Source: a bacterium
GTDB taxonomy: Bacteria > UBA8248
Length of the DNA: 64,000 bases
Assembly: GCA_963692865.2 (NCBI GenBank)
Contig: OY843592.1
Coordinates: 2,560,001-2,624,000 of the forward strand
Reading direction: 5' to 3'
The notes under the pieces were generated by a model. It worked only from the letters and a program-made list of their open reading frames with translations, was not told the DNA's origin and ran no database searches. The position numbers were made by a program, and so were the translations under genes. Below, one piece after another: positions 30,729 to 40,389 of this stretch. How positions within the stretch are numbered: position 1 is the first letter of the stretch; every line of letters starts with the position of its first letter.

Positions 30729-33111
30729 TCGCAGCTCCTTTCTTCGGAGCGCCTTCTTGTCCCGGATAATGAATCCGGTGGTGATGAATGCCAACCAAAA
30801 CGCGCATGAAGGCATCCTGAATGTTGCTCAAATCCCTGAGTGTGAGGCTGCAATTGTCCAATTGCCCCTCCACGAAAGCGCTCTGGACGATTCTGTCCAC
30901 CAAGGCGCTCAGGCGGCCGAGAGAATGGTCCGACAGCGAATGCGACGATGCCTCCACCATATCAGCCAGCATCAGGATGCCCGCTTCTCTCGTCTGGGGT
31001 CTTGGCCCCGGATAGCGAAAAAACTCTTCTGTCACGCCATCCCCATTTTGATCCTTCGCCTTCTCGTAAAAAAACCGAATCAAGGATGTGCCATGATGTT
31101 GCTGAATCAAATCGATGATCTCTTTGGGCAGTTGATGGCTTTTGGCAAGTTCCACTCCCTCTTTCACATGGCTGATCAGGATGAGCGCGCTCATGTTGGG
31201 CTTGAGTCTGTCGTGCCGGTTTTCGCGCCCCTGGTTTTCGATGAAATACTCCGGTTTCATCATCTTGCCGATATCGTGGAAATACGCGCCCACGCGCGTT
31301 AGAAGCGGATTCGCGCCGACCGCCTCGGACGCCTCCTCCGCCAGGTTGCCTACGAGAAGGCTGTGGTGGTAGGTGCCTGGCGCGCCGACAACCATCTTTC
31401 TCAGTAGCGGGTGATTCTGGTCGGCCAACTCCAGAAGGCGCATGTCGGTCGTGAGTTTGAAAATCGACTCGAGCAGGGGCATGGCGCCGGCTACGATGAT
31501 GACGTTGGAAAGGCCGCCGAGCAATGCGATGGGAACATCCGTCCATTGCATAATTGCGGCGCGGAAACCCTCCTGCACGTTGAAACCCAGAGCGAGCGCA
31601 GCGCCCAGCAGACCCAGGATGAGCGCCACGATAAGCACGGAAGTCCTGCGACGATATTCTTTCCATCGAATGGCCGACAGCACGCCGCCGGCCAGGGCGA
31701 CAAGGCTGAAGTTCATATGATTCGGCAAAATCAGTCCGGTCAGAACGGCGGAGAAAATCGCCATCAACACCGCGGATGAGCGTCCCAGTAAAACGGCCGC
31801 GAGCAGAGAGGCGGAACAAAATGGAATGACGTAGTAGAACGAGTGTAGTGGAATCCCCCGAAAAGTTTCATGCAACACTTCGGAGAAAAGAATGCCCATT
31901 TTCAGCAAAACAGCCTGGCTTAAAAGCAGTATCACGAAAAGTGTTACGTTTTTTTGCGATGACAAAAAACTCACGTCGTATTTCTGCACGCAAATCCATG
32001 CCAGAACGAGCAAAATGAAAATCACCAAAGCCGTTCCGGTAAAGTTGCCGATCACATGGCTTTGCCGGTAGATTTTCTCCAGGCTTTTGAGTTTAATGAT
32101 TTGTCCCTCGCTCAACCGTTCTCCCTCGCGAACAATCATCTCCCCTTGCTTGAGAACCTCGGAGACAGGAGGAACGGCGGCCGCGACCTTTTCCCGGCTC
32201 TCGAGCGTCGCCCTGTTATTGAAAGTCAACGTCGGCTGAACCATCTTCAATACTTGGGAGACCAGCAAATCACCAATGCGCCGAGGAATTCCGAGGGGCA
32301 CCTTTCGGGCTTCTCGCTTGAGTAATTCATCGACCTGTCTGAGTTCCAGGGGGTTCATGGACGGGCTGAGTGAAACGCGATTTCCCGTTCTGATGTCGCG
32401 CGCCGTAATCCCCTTCTCCGCATGGGTGGCGTACAATCTTTTATCGCTCACTATTTGGTGGGAATATGCCACCCGCAACAGCTTGGCGATAACCTCTCGA
32501 ATCCAGTTTGCGAATCTCTCATCTCTCAGCCATGCCGCCAGTTCCTTTGGAACCGCGCCACCCACCAACCCATGGAACGCGCTCTCCGCTTTGATGAAGG
32601 CAGTGGTAGCGTACATTTCCCGGTAAGCTTCCGACTCGGATAAAAGCGTCCGGCTCTTCTGCTTGGCCAGTTTTTTCAATTGCTCGGCTTTTACCCTCTC
32701 GATCTCTTTGTCCACCGTTCGTTGAATGGATTCAAAAGCGCCATTCAGCCTGGCAAGGACGACCTGCGAAAGTTGGGTATCGATATCGTAACGCGGCAGG
32801 ACTTTTTCTCTGGCTGCTTGGCGTTTCGCATTTGTTGCGATGGGGTCGACCACGCGCATATCCTGAGGGGCTTTGATATCCCTGGGGACGATATCGCCCA
32901 CCTCAAAGGAAACGCGAGGCGCCGAAAGATCCGTTGTGAGCAGAAATGAGAGGACGACGGCGAGCGTTCCACCCAAAATCCATGGATAGGTACTTGTCTT
33001 GGTAAACGCCAAAACAAAATTCGCGATCGGGCGTCCCACCGACGCCAGCAGACGTAAAAAAATATTTTGGGGTTTCCCGGCAGATTTTCCGACGCCGGCT
33101 CGATGGATCAC
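30625..33111 (-). CDS. 7TM-HD (HDIG) phosphohydrolase, PgpH-like putative c-di-AMP phosphodiesterase
   Basis: Large extracytoplasmic domain, about 7 TMs, APGTYHHS, HDIGK, FIENQ, HHGT, YPGPRP; phoH-HD-ybeY synteny. Confidence 0.9.
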   Translation of the reverse strand: MIHRAGVGKSAGKPQNIFLRLLASVGRPIANFVLAFTKTSTYPWILGGTLAVVLSFLLTTDLSAPRVSFEVGDIVPRDIKAPQDMRVVDPIATNAKRQAAREKVLPRYDIDTQLSQVVLARLNGAFESIQRTVDKEIERVKAEQLKKLAKQKSRTLLSESEAYREMYATTAFIKAESAFHGLVGGAVPKELAAWLRDERFANWIREVIAKLLRVAYSHQIVSDKRLYATHAEKGITARDIRTGNRVSLSPSMNPLELRQVDELLKREARKVPLGIPRRIGDLLVSQVLKMVQPTLTFNNRATLESREKVAAAVPPVSEVLKQGEMIVREGERLSEGQIIKLKSLEKIYRQSHVIGNFTGTALVIFILLVLAWICVQKYDVSFLSSQKNVTLFVILLLSQAVLLKMGILFSEVLHETFRGIPLHSFYYVIPFCSASLLAAVLLGRSSAVLMAIFSAVLTGLILPNHMNFSLVALAGGVLSAIRWKEYRRRTSVLIVALILGLLGAALALGFNVQEGFRAAIMQWTDVPIALLGGLSNVIIVAGAMPLLESIFKLTTDMRLLELADQNHPLLRKMVVGAPGTYHHSLLVGNLAEEASEAVGANPLLTRVGAYFHDIGKMMKPEYFIENQGRENRHDRLKPNMSALILISHVKEGVELAKSHQLPKEIIDLIQQHHGTSLIRFFYEKAKDQNGDGVTEEFFRYPGPRPQTREAGILMLADMVEASSHSLSDHSLGRLSALVDRIVQSAFVEGQLDNCSLTLRDLSNIQDAFMRVLVGIHHHRIHYPGQEGAPKKGAANGSPHQKRSKAVRAGSQSAEATFGRHTESSPVRR

Positions 33112-33159
33112 GCGATCAACCTCCAGAATCCTTCAATGATGAAGGGATTGTGGACGTAT

Positions 33160-33194
33160 CGGCTATATGAGCACGCCCGCGGCTATATAAGCAC
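33160..33194. repeat. 15-bp imperfect direct repeat with a 20-bp period
   Basis: cggctatatgagcac (33160-33174) and cggctatataagcac (33180-33194), 14/15 identical. Confidence 0.8.
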
Positions 33195-33209
33195 TCTTAT
33201 AGAGTTCGC

Positions 33210-34166
33210 TTATAGACTGTGGGCCTCGTATGCAGAAACGATTTTTCTCACCAAGTGCGTGCGAACCACATCTCGCTCACTGAAATAGACGAAACAAACT
33301 TCTTCTAAATCTCCCAGGACGTCTTGCGCATGAACCATCCCGCACCCGGAGGTTTCGGGCAAATCGATTTGGGTGATGTCCCCCGTTACAACCGCCTTGC
33401 TCCGGGTACCGAGACGGGTGAGGAACATTTTCATCTGCTCGGGCGTCGTGTTCTGCGCCTCGTCCAATATAATAAAAGAATCATTCAACGAGCGACCCCT
33501 CATATATGCGAGCGGCGCTATCTCTATCTCACCTCTTTGAATGAAACGCTCTACCCGCTCAAACTCCACCATATCGTTCAGAGCGTCAAACAGCGGCCTG
33601 AGATACGGATTCACCTTCTCCTGCAAATCACCGGGCAAAAATCCGAGTTTCTCGCCGGCTTCCACCACGGGCCTCGTCAACACGATGCGAGCGTATGCCC
33701 TCTCCAGTAATCCGGAAACGGCCATGGCCATGGCCAGATAAGTTTTCCCCGTTCCGGCTGGTCCGATCCCGAATGTTACTCCCTTTTCTCGAATCGCCTT
33801 GATATATTCGCTTTGAACCGGGCTCTTGGGAACGACGTATCGCTTCTTCGATGAAACCGAGATTCGATTCGTCACCAAAGAACGAAGCGTAACGTCTTGT
33901 TCCATCGCAACGGTCTGGGCCAGTGTTCTGACGTTCAAAGGGTCGAACCGAAACCCCTCGTCCACGCATTCCGTCAACTCGTCAAGGAACAATCCGGCCT
34001 TCTCGGCGGCGTCGGGCGGGCCTTCCACCACGAACCCCTCTGATGCAATTCTGATTTTTACGTCAAACGCCCTCTCCACGGCCTTGAGGGATTCATCCCG
34101 ATTACCAATAATATGAACCAACCTATCGGGCCCGGCCAGCGGGCTCGCAGACATCCTTGTCGCCAA
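33210..34166 (-). CDS. phoH: PhoH-family ATPase
   Basis: GPAGTGKT, GFLPGDL, APLAYMRGR, DEAQN, GDITQIDL. Confidence 0.95.
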   Translation of the reverse strand: MATRMSASPLAGPDRLVHIIGNRDESLKAVERAFDVKIRIASEGFVVEGPPDAAEKAGLFLDELTECVDEGFRFDPLNVRTLAQTVAMEQDVTLRSLVTNRISVSSKKRYVVPKSPVQSEYIKAIREKGVTFGIGPAGTGKTYLAMAMAVSGLLERAYARIVLTRPVVEAGEKLGFLPGDLQEKVNPYLRPLFDALNDMVEFERVERFIQRGEIEIAPLAYMRGRSLNDSFIILDEAQNTTPEQMKMFLTRLGTRSKAVVTGDITQIDLPETSGCGMVHAQDVLGDLEEVCFVYFSERDVVRTHLVRKIVSAYEAHSL

Positions 34167-34231
34167 AAGATTCAGGCTCCCCGTATCTACATGGATCGGC
34201 TTTTCAAAATCGAAGTCCCATGCGCCGTTAA

Positions 34232-34260
34232 ATCGTACGCCCCAGAATTTCAGGCGTCAA
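34232..34260 (-). promoter_or_regulatory. Putative sigma-70 promoter for the phoH operon
   Basis: TTGACG-N17-TACGAT with an A-rich tract upstream. Confidence 0.6.
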
Positions 34261-34295
34261 CAAAAGAACTTTATTTTTGTTTCGCTTTTTATTTC

Positions 34296-35249
34296 CTACC
34301 CTCTCGGATGGCTCTTGTCCAAGAGTCCCCGCAGTTTTTGTCTGTCTACATGCGTGTAAACCTCTGTGGTCGAAATATCCGAATGTCCGAGCATCGCCTG
34401 GACGGCCCGCAGGTCGGCCCCGTGATTGAGCAAGTGGGTCGCAAAGCTGTGTCGAAACACATGAGGGCTCACGCCTTTTCCCACGCCCGCTTCCTTTGCC
34501 CATCTCTTGACCCTCGCCCAAAAAGCCTGACGGGTCATAGGCTCTCCCCGGCCCGTAATGAATACATAATCCGATTTCCGGGCGCGCAGTAGACTCAGCC
34601 GGGCGGTATCAAGATAATCCATAAGCATATTTTTAGCCGCATCTCCCATGGGGACGAGCCGCGATTTATCTCCCTTTCCATGAACGATGCAAAAACCCGA
34701 TTCAAGTTCAATTTGGTTGAGCTTGAGTCGAATGATCTCACTGGCGCGCATACCGGTGGCGTACAAAAGCTCAAGCATGGCCCTGTCCCGAATCGCCTGC
34801 GGCGTTTTGCCGTCGGGAGCCGACAAAATTTTGGACATATCTTCTTGCGAAAGCGTCTTGGGCAAACGCTTCCACTTTGAAGGCTGCGCAATATCCGCTG
34901 TAAAATCCTCCTTGACGTAACCATCTCTGAGCAACAACTTGGCAAGCGCGCGAATGGACGCCAAGTGCCGACGCAGCGTGGTGTCCGATTTCCCCTTCTC
35001 CCGCTTCTCTTTCAAATAACCGATGATGGTGTTCTTCGACCAGTTCATCGGCGAAACCTCCCCGTTTTCCTGCAGCCAAAAGAAAAGTGATTCGATGTCA
35101 CGCCCGTAACTCTCCACGGTATTCACCGCACGGCGACGCTCAATCAGAAGAAAATCCTTGAAAGTCCTCAAAATGCCGATCAGGCGCGCATCCAGCGAAA
35201 CCCCGTTATTCTTTTCGTTCCCTTCAGCCGAAAATTTTTCCTTCGTCAT
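34296..35249 (-). CDS. xerD: Tyrosine recombinase XerD
   Basis: LYATGMRASE, GKGDK, HVFRHSFATHLL, LGHSDISTT..Y. Confidence 0.93.
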   Translation of the reverse strand: MTKEKFSAEGNEKNNGVSLDARLIGILRTFKDFLLIERRRAVNTVESYGRDIESLFFWLQENGEVSPMNWSKNTIIGYLKEKREKGKSDTTLRRHLASIRALAKLLLRDGYVKEDFTADIAQPSKWKRLPKTLSQEDMSKILSAPDGKTPQAIRDRAMLELLYATGMRASEIIRLKLNQIELESGFCIVHGKGDKSRLVPMGDAAKNMLMDYLDTARLSLLRARKSDYVFITGRGEPMTRQAFWARVKRWAKEAGVGKGVSPHVFRHSFATHLLNHGADLRAVQAMLGHSDISTTEVYTHVDRQKLRGLLDKSHPRG

Positions 35250-36949
35250 CGTCCGGCCCTCATCGCCCAGGACTTTCCCCGTGAGAAGCGGGTAAAGTGA
35301 CGCCAGGATGCGTAGGAGGAAGCATCGATTCTTTTCGCCATGAAAATATAAAACCCCGCGCCGAGAGACACCTCAAACGTCACCAACAACAACTTCAGCA
35401 CGGATGCTCCCTGCGAATCCCACAATTGAAGATGGACAAGCGGGAGGTGAACGAAATACGTGATCAATCCCGTCAAGACGCCAAGCGCGAGAAGCCTGCC
35501 CAGGGAATGGGTCAACTCTTTTTTGGGGAAATCGCTCCACTCCCGCATCAGTCCCCGCAACAACAATCCCGCATTCAATGCGCTCGAACACGACGTGGCA
35601 AGCGCGAGACCCACGAACCCGAAGGGAAACATCAAGGCGACGCTGAGCGCCACGTTCGCGAGAACGGCGAGGTTTGCGCATCGCATCGGGAAGCTCGTGT
35701 TCAAGCGGGAGTGAAAGGTTCCCGCCAAAAGTCTCGTGACTCCGAAAAACATCAACCCCGCCGCATACGCCCGCAGGGCGGCTGCGGCCGCGGCAGTATG
35801 GTTTTCCGTAAAGGCGCCCCGCTCAAAAATAACTTCCATGATCGGATGGGCGAGGGCGATCAGGCCGAATGTGGCGGGAATGGTGATGAACAGGGTCAGA
35901 CGCCCCGCCTCAAGCATGGCGTTTCGCTCGGAACCGCCGGACTTGGCATTCCCTCTGTTTTTCGCCGCATAGTCGGACAAAACCGGCAAAACGGCGGACA
36001 CCACCGCGAGGCTCAAAATGCCGTGAGGAAGTTGAACCACCCGGTTCGCGTAGTAGAGATAGGAAATGGAGCCTTCGGCCAGGAACGAGGCCAGCCATCG
36101 ATCAACGAGAACATTGACATGAAAAACAACGCCTCCAAAAGCCGCCGGCCCCATCAGCGTCAAGCATCTGCCGACGCCCTCCGTCCGCCACGGAATAGAG
36201 GGAAGCGGTAAAATCCGCAACTTCCCCATAAAAGGGAGTTGGAAGAAAAACTGCGCGGCTCCGCCGATTACGACGGCCCACGCGAGCCAACGGATGGCTC
36301 CCGCCCTGTTTACCCAAAAATCCGCAGCCAAAAGGGCGGTGATGATAACCACGTTCTGCAGCGCGGGCGCGAAAGCGGGCACGAAAAAGCGGCGCGCCGC
36401 GTTCAACATGCCGGCCGCAACCGCCCACAAGCCGATAAAAATGATGAATGGAAACATAATCTTCGTGAGTTGCGCCGCAAGGCGCAGTTTCTCCGGGTTG
36501 CTCGAAAAACCGGGCGCCAGCGCTCTCATCAAAGGTTCCGCGAACCAAATCCCAATCGCACAGCCCGCGCTCCCCGCAAAGATGAGAAACACCAACATGC
36601 CGCCGGCGAACCTCCGGGCCTGCCTGACTCCGGACCGCTCGCGAACATCGGAGTAGACGGGAAGAAACGAGGAACTCAACGCCCCTTCCATGAACATGCG
36701 CCTGAAGAGATTGGGAATCGCGAATGCGACGAAAAAAGCATCGGCCATCATCGCGGCGCCGAAGAATTTGGCGATGAGCAAATCACGGAAAAAACCCGCA
36801 ACCCGGCTGATGAGAGTCGCCAGACTGACGTGACCCGCAAACCTGGAAATGTTCTCCTCTGCCGGAAAATCCCTGTCTTCTTCTACCGGCGCGGCAGCAG
36901 AAACCTTTTTTTCTTGTCCTGGACGAGAGGATTCAGGTGGCGTGGTCAC
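35246..36949 (-). CDS. murJ: Lipid II flippase MurJ
   Basis: SRVAGFFRD, PNLFRR..EGA, YANRVVQLP; multi-TM protein. Confidence 0.95.
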   Translation of the reverse strand: MTTPPESSRPGQEKKVSAAAPVEEDRDFPAEENISRFAGHVSLATLISRVAGFFRDLLIAKFFGAAMMADAFFVAFAIPNLFRRMFMEGALSSSFLPVYSDVRERSGVRQARRFAGGMLVFLIFAGSAGCAIGIWFAEPLMRALAPGFSSNPEKLRLAAQLTKIMFPFIIFIGLWAVAAGMLNAARRFFVPAFAPALQNVVIITALLAADFWVNRAGAIRWLAWAVVIGGAAQFFFQLPFMGKLRILPLPSIPWRTEGVGRCLTLMGPAAFGGVVFHVNVLVDRWLASFLAEGSISYLYYANRVVQLPHGILSLAVVSAVLPVLSDYAAKNRGNAKSGGSERNAMLEAGRLTLFITIPATFGLIALAHPIMEVIFERGAFTENHTAAAAAALRAYAAGLMFFGVTRLLAGTFHSRLNTSFPMRCANLAVLANVALSVALMFPFGFVGLALATSCSSALNAGLLLRGLMREWSDFPKKELTHSLGRLLALGVLTGLITYFVHLPLVHLQLWDSQGASVLKLLLVTFEVSLGAGFYIFMAKRIDASSYASWRHFTRFSRGKSWAMRAGR

Positions 36950-36976
36950 TAAATTCCTGACACCGGGGCGGTGAGC

Positions 36977-37004
36977 TTGACAACCCTTTGTTCCGTGGTA
37001 TTTT
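36977..37004 (+). promoter_or_regulatory. Putative sigma-70 promoter for rpsT
   Basis: TTGACA-N16-TATTTT with TG extended -10. Confidence 0.55.
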
Positions 37005-37067
37005 ACCGGGGCTGCGAAACAGCCTCAAGAGAAACTTTTTAACCATATTCACGGAGAAAGAAATAAA

Positions 37068-37322
37068 TTGCCTCATATCCATTCGGCCAAAAAGCGCAAT
37101 CGCCAGAACATCGTCCGCCGCGCCAGAAACCGCGCTATTCGAACGCAGTTTCGCAACACCATCAAACAGGTTTTGAATAGCGAAGAAGACCCCGGAGAGT
37201 TGCTGAAAAAAGCCCAGTCGCAATTGGACCGCGCGGCCGCCAAAGGAATTATCCACAAAAAAACGGCGTCGAGACGCGCAGGAAGACTGGCCAAGCGAGT
37301 CCATGCGGCATCTTCCAAATAG
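37068..37322 (+). CDS. rpsT: 30S ribosomal protein S20
   Basis: SAKKRNRQ...LDRAAAKGIIHKKTASR; TTG start; divergent from murJ. Confidence 0.95.
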   Translation: MPHIHSAKKRNRQNIVRRARNRAIRTQFRNTIKQVLNSEEDPGELLKKAQSQLDRAAAKGIIHKKTASRRAGRLAKRVHAASSK

Positions 37323-38366
37323 CTAGGCAACCTTGTGCGTTCCGCTTCTTGAGGAACGCACGTCCACCAGAAACAACTCCAGCGTCTGACGAGCGACCTT
37401 CATATCGCTCGTTCGTTTGAGTTTGCGGTCCACCTGAAGCAGTTTCCGGTACAAATCGCGCAAAGAGGCGGAACGCAACCCCCTCACCTGATTCTCAAGC
37501 CTTTTCGCCACAAAGAGTGGCAAACCCAGCACCTCAGAAATACCCTGGGCGCCTCTGCCACTCCGAATCAAGGCCTTCGAAATCGTCCAACGCCGAACCA
37601 AGTTGCGCAGCAGCCCGATGAACACGACGGGGTGTTCGGTTTCCATCATCCGGCGCAAGAGAACGAGGGTTCCGCCCAAGCTCCTCTGGTTGAGCGAATC
37701 ACTCAGCTTATAGAGCAACTCCTCTTTGGAATAGCCGACTATTTCACGAATCTCCTCCGCGCCCGCGACTGTTCCCGGCATCAGATAGGAAGCGACCTTC
37801 TCGAGCTCTTTGCTGAGCCTCATCATGGAGGGTTTGACCATTTCGACCAGCATATCGGCGGCCTCCGGCCGCAACTCAAACCCCAACCTCGAGGCGCGCC
37901 CGTGAAGCCATTTCTTTAACTCCTCCCCCTCCAGGATGTCCACCCGGCAAACCACGCTCGCCTTCACGAGGCGTTGGAAGAAAACGGTGCGCCTGTCAAC
38001 GCTTTCCACGCAAAAAACCAGAACCGTGGACGCGGACGGGCGATCGAGATAAGAGAGAAAGAGGGCTTCATCCCTCTCGCCGGGCCTGGCGAAATTGAGG
38101 ATTTCGATGAGGCGCTTCTCCGCCACGAATGGCAGCGTTTGGGCAATGGTCATGATTTCGGATCCATCGGCCTCCGCCCAGTCGAAGCGGTCATGGTTGA
38201 AATCATCCGGCCCATCGCCAAAAACCTTGCGGCGAATGACGCGCAGATATTCATCCCGCAAAAAAGAGTCCTTGCCTTCCAAAAGGTATAGGGGTTGCGT
38301 CGGCGCGTTTTGCGCATCGGAGAGCGCCGCCAGGGAACTCTTCGGCTTCTTGCGGCTCGCGGCCAA
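37323..38366 (-). CDS. holA: DNA polymerase III delta subunit
   Basis: LYLLEG, TLPF..KR, ELEKV, DRKLK; follows lptE; TTG start with GGAGG SD. Confidence 0.88.
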   Translation of the reverse strand: MAASRKKPKSSLAALSDAQNAPTQPLYLLEGKDSFLRDEYLRVIRRKVFGDGPDDFNHDRFDWAEADGSEIMTIAQTLPFVAEKRLIEILNFARPGERDEALFLSYLDRPSASTVLVFCVESVDRRTVFFQRLVKASVVCRVDILEGEELKKWLHGRASRLGFELRPEAADMLVEMVKPSMMRLSKELEKVASYLMPGTVAGAEEIREIVGYSKEELLYKLSDSLNQRSLGGTLVLLRRMMETEHPVVFIGLLRNLVRRWTISKALIRSGRGAQGISEVLGLPLFVAKRLENQVRGLRSASLRDLYRKLLQVDRKLKRTSDMKVARQTLELFLVDVRSSRSGTHKVA

Positions 38367-38367
38367 G

Positions 38368-38904
38368 CTAAAAGCCCTCCAACACGAGACTGACGACGTC
38401 TTCTGACAGAGAATCGGCCACTCGTCGATTAGCGCCCGAGCGGTTCGCGTCGCTCTGCGCGATGGATGAGGAAACCGCAAATTCGGCGTATGCCTCCAAA
38501 TCCTGATTGATGAGCAATTTTTTTCGCTCCTTGTCCCGCAGCCGTATTCGCGAGCGCACAACAACGCGGTATTGCTTTGCCCTGTCGGCGCGAGTGAAAC
38601 CAATCGGAAAGAGACGATACTCGCGCAAAACACCCTCAAGCGCGATGTCGGCATCGGGAGAGTCGGAAACCCGAAGGCGACCGTCCCGCAAGAATCTTCC
38701 CCTCACCGTTTTCGTCACGACGCGGCCAAGGCCCGGTACGTCCGTCTGGTTCAGAAAGGGAGGTATCGAAATTGTGCGCGCGCCTTTCAGGTTCGCGGGG
38801 CGTCGGGTTCCCTCGAGTTCATAGCCGCAACCCGCCGCCAGAAAAACACTCAGCAAGAGGAGGAAAGCGAATCTGCGAAACACCCTCAAAAACGACTTTT
38901 TCAA
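38368..38904 (-). CDS. lptE: LPS assembly lipoprotein LptE
   Basis: Lipobox LAAGC-GY, FLNQT; lptE-holA synteny. Confidence 0.85.
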   Translation of the reverse strand: MKKSFLRVFRRFAFLLLLSVFLAAGCGYELEGTRRPANLKGARTISIPPFLNQTDVPGLGRVVTKTVRGRFLRDGRLRVSDSPDADIALEGVLREYRLFPIGFTRADRAKQYRVVVRSRIRLRDKERKKLLINQDLEAYAEFAVSSSIAQSDANRSGANRRVADSLSEDVVSLVLEGF

Positions 38905-39455
38905 ATGAAAATCTCCACGGAGAGTTCACGATTCTTCACACGGCTAAAAGCAATTTGCTCGCTCAGCGCAATCAGCTCGTCGTATCTCTCACCATCCGGT
39001 TCGCAAACAAGAATATCGACATCCCAAGGGGTTCCGATGACACCCCGTATCGCACCGTTCATGATCTCCGTGGCCACGGGCGCGTAATCATCCGGAAGAT
39101 GCGCGAAGCCGGAAACCTGCATCGACAAATTTTTCGCCGAAGTCTTCATCATTCTGCCGAAAATTTCCTTTGCGCACCGGTAGAGCTTGGTCAGGGTCAA
39201 GTTGTCCAAAGAACCCAATCCTGCGAACAAAACATATTCAGGCGCGAGTCGTCCCTTCGTGGCCAGCATCGCTTGCGACTGCCATGCGCCGCTCAGTTTG
39301 CCCTGCTGCACCAGACGGCTCGCCTCGCTCTCCAGCAAGCGGTCGATTTCTTCCAATCGTCCTTGAAACGGAAAATCCTCCACCGCAAACATGGAAACAG
39401 CGGCGAAACTTTTTACCTCATCCAGTCTTTGGGGAAACAGGCGAAGACGTATCAC
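38901..39455 (-). CDS. Stand-alone peptidase M17 N-terminal-like domain protein
   Basis: IDRLL..EASRL...LSG...VLFAGLG pattern; 184 aa with no catalytic domain. Confidence 0.55.
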   Translation of the reverse strand: MIRLRLFPQRLDEVKSFAAVSMFAVEDFPFQGRLEEIDRLLESEASRLVQQGKLSGAWQSQAMLATKGRLAPEYVLFAGLGSLDNLTLTKLYRCAKEIFGRMMKTSAKNLSMQVSGFAHLPDDYAPVATEIMNGAIRGVIGTPWDVDILVCEPDGERYDELIALSEQIAFSRVKNRELSVEIFI

Positions 39456-39456
39456 C

Positions 39457-39870
39457 CTAGACCACCATTTTTTCTCGGTGGAGACGATCCAGGATACCGT
39501 TCACGAAACCCGGAGCATTTTCGGGTCCATATCGTTTGGCCAGGCGAATTGCTTCATCCATCGCGACAGCGGGCGGGACATCAGGAACAAAATACATTTC
39601 GCAAACGCCCAGGCGAAGAATGCTTCTCGATACGGCGTCCATGCGTTCGATCGGCCAACTCGCGCTCGCCTCGGTGAGCAAATCGTTAATTTGTCCGTCT
39701 TTTCCCAAGATGATCGACACCAATCTGTCGGCGAACATTCTTGAATTCTCATCCGCCGGATGCAAGCGCCAATAGCGCTCGACCTCCTCCGGCGAAAGAC
39801 TTCCGGTACGATCCATATGATAAAGAATTTGAAACGCGAGTTCTCGCCCCGCCTTTCTGCTCTCGGCCAT
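39457..39870 (-). CDS. nusB: Transcription antitermination factor NusB
   Basis: RKAGRELAFQILY, W..ERM, EAIRLAK, FVNGILD; follows ribH. Confidence 0.96.
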   Translation of the reverse strand: MAESRKAGRELAFQILYHMDRTGSLSPEEVERYWRLHPADENSRMFADRLVSIILGKDGQINDLLTEASASWPIERMDAVSRSILRLGVCEMYFVPDVPPAVAMDEAIRLAKRYGPENAPGFVNGILDRLHREKMVV

Positions 39871-40370
39871 TACTTCCCCTCTTCCAGAGCGCCGCTCCCA
39901 TCCTCATCCATTTTCGAAAAGAGATTCGCCATCTCCACGGCCGCCAGGGCGCCCTCGTACCCCTTGTTGCCCATCTTCGTTCCCGCGCGCTCGATGGCCT
40001 GCTCAATGGTATCCGTTGTGACGACGGCGAAAATGGCAGGCACCCCCGTCTGAGCGCCCACTTGGGCGATGCCCTTCGTCGCCTCGGCGCACACCAGATC
40101 GTAGTGAGAGGTAGCGCCCCGTATGACGCAGCCCAGGCATACGATGGCATCGTATTTTTGCGATTTCGCCATCCTCATCGCGGCCGCCGGAAGCTCGAAC
40201 GAACCCGGCACCTGCACGTGCGCAATATCCGGTTCGGACACGCCGCATTGGCGCAAAGCCGTCTCGGCCCCTCGCACGAGGTGCGTCACAATGAAATCGT
40301 TGAACCGGGATGAAACCAAACCTATCCGCAAACCCCGCCCGTTCAGGTCGCCTTCCACCGGATTGCCCAT
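39870..40370 (-). CDS. ribH: Lumazine synthase
   Basis: [28 protein letters not shown]. Confidence 0.97.
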   Translation of the reverse strand: MGNPVEGDLNGRGLRIGLVSSRFNDFIVTHLVRGAETALRQCGVSEPDIAHVQVPGSFELPAAAMRMAKSQKYDAIVCLGCVIRGATSHYDLVCAEATKGIAQVGAQTGVPAIFAVVTTDTIEQAIERAGTKMGNKGYEGALAAVEMANLFSKMDEDGSGALEEGK

Positions 40371-40389
40371 TCCCTCTCCAAATCCCTTC

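Noticed and set aside
34296-35249. Tyrosine recombinase as a sign of an integrative element
   Set aside because: It is a typical chromosomal XerD coupled to murJ, with no att repeats or cargo genes.
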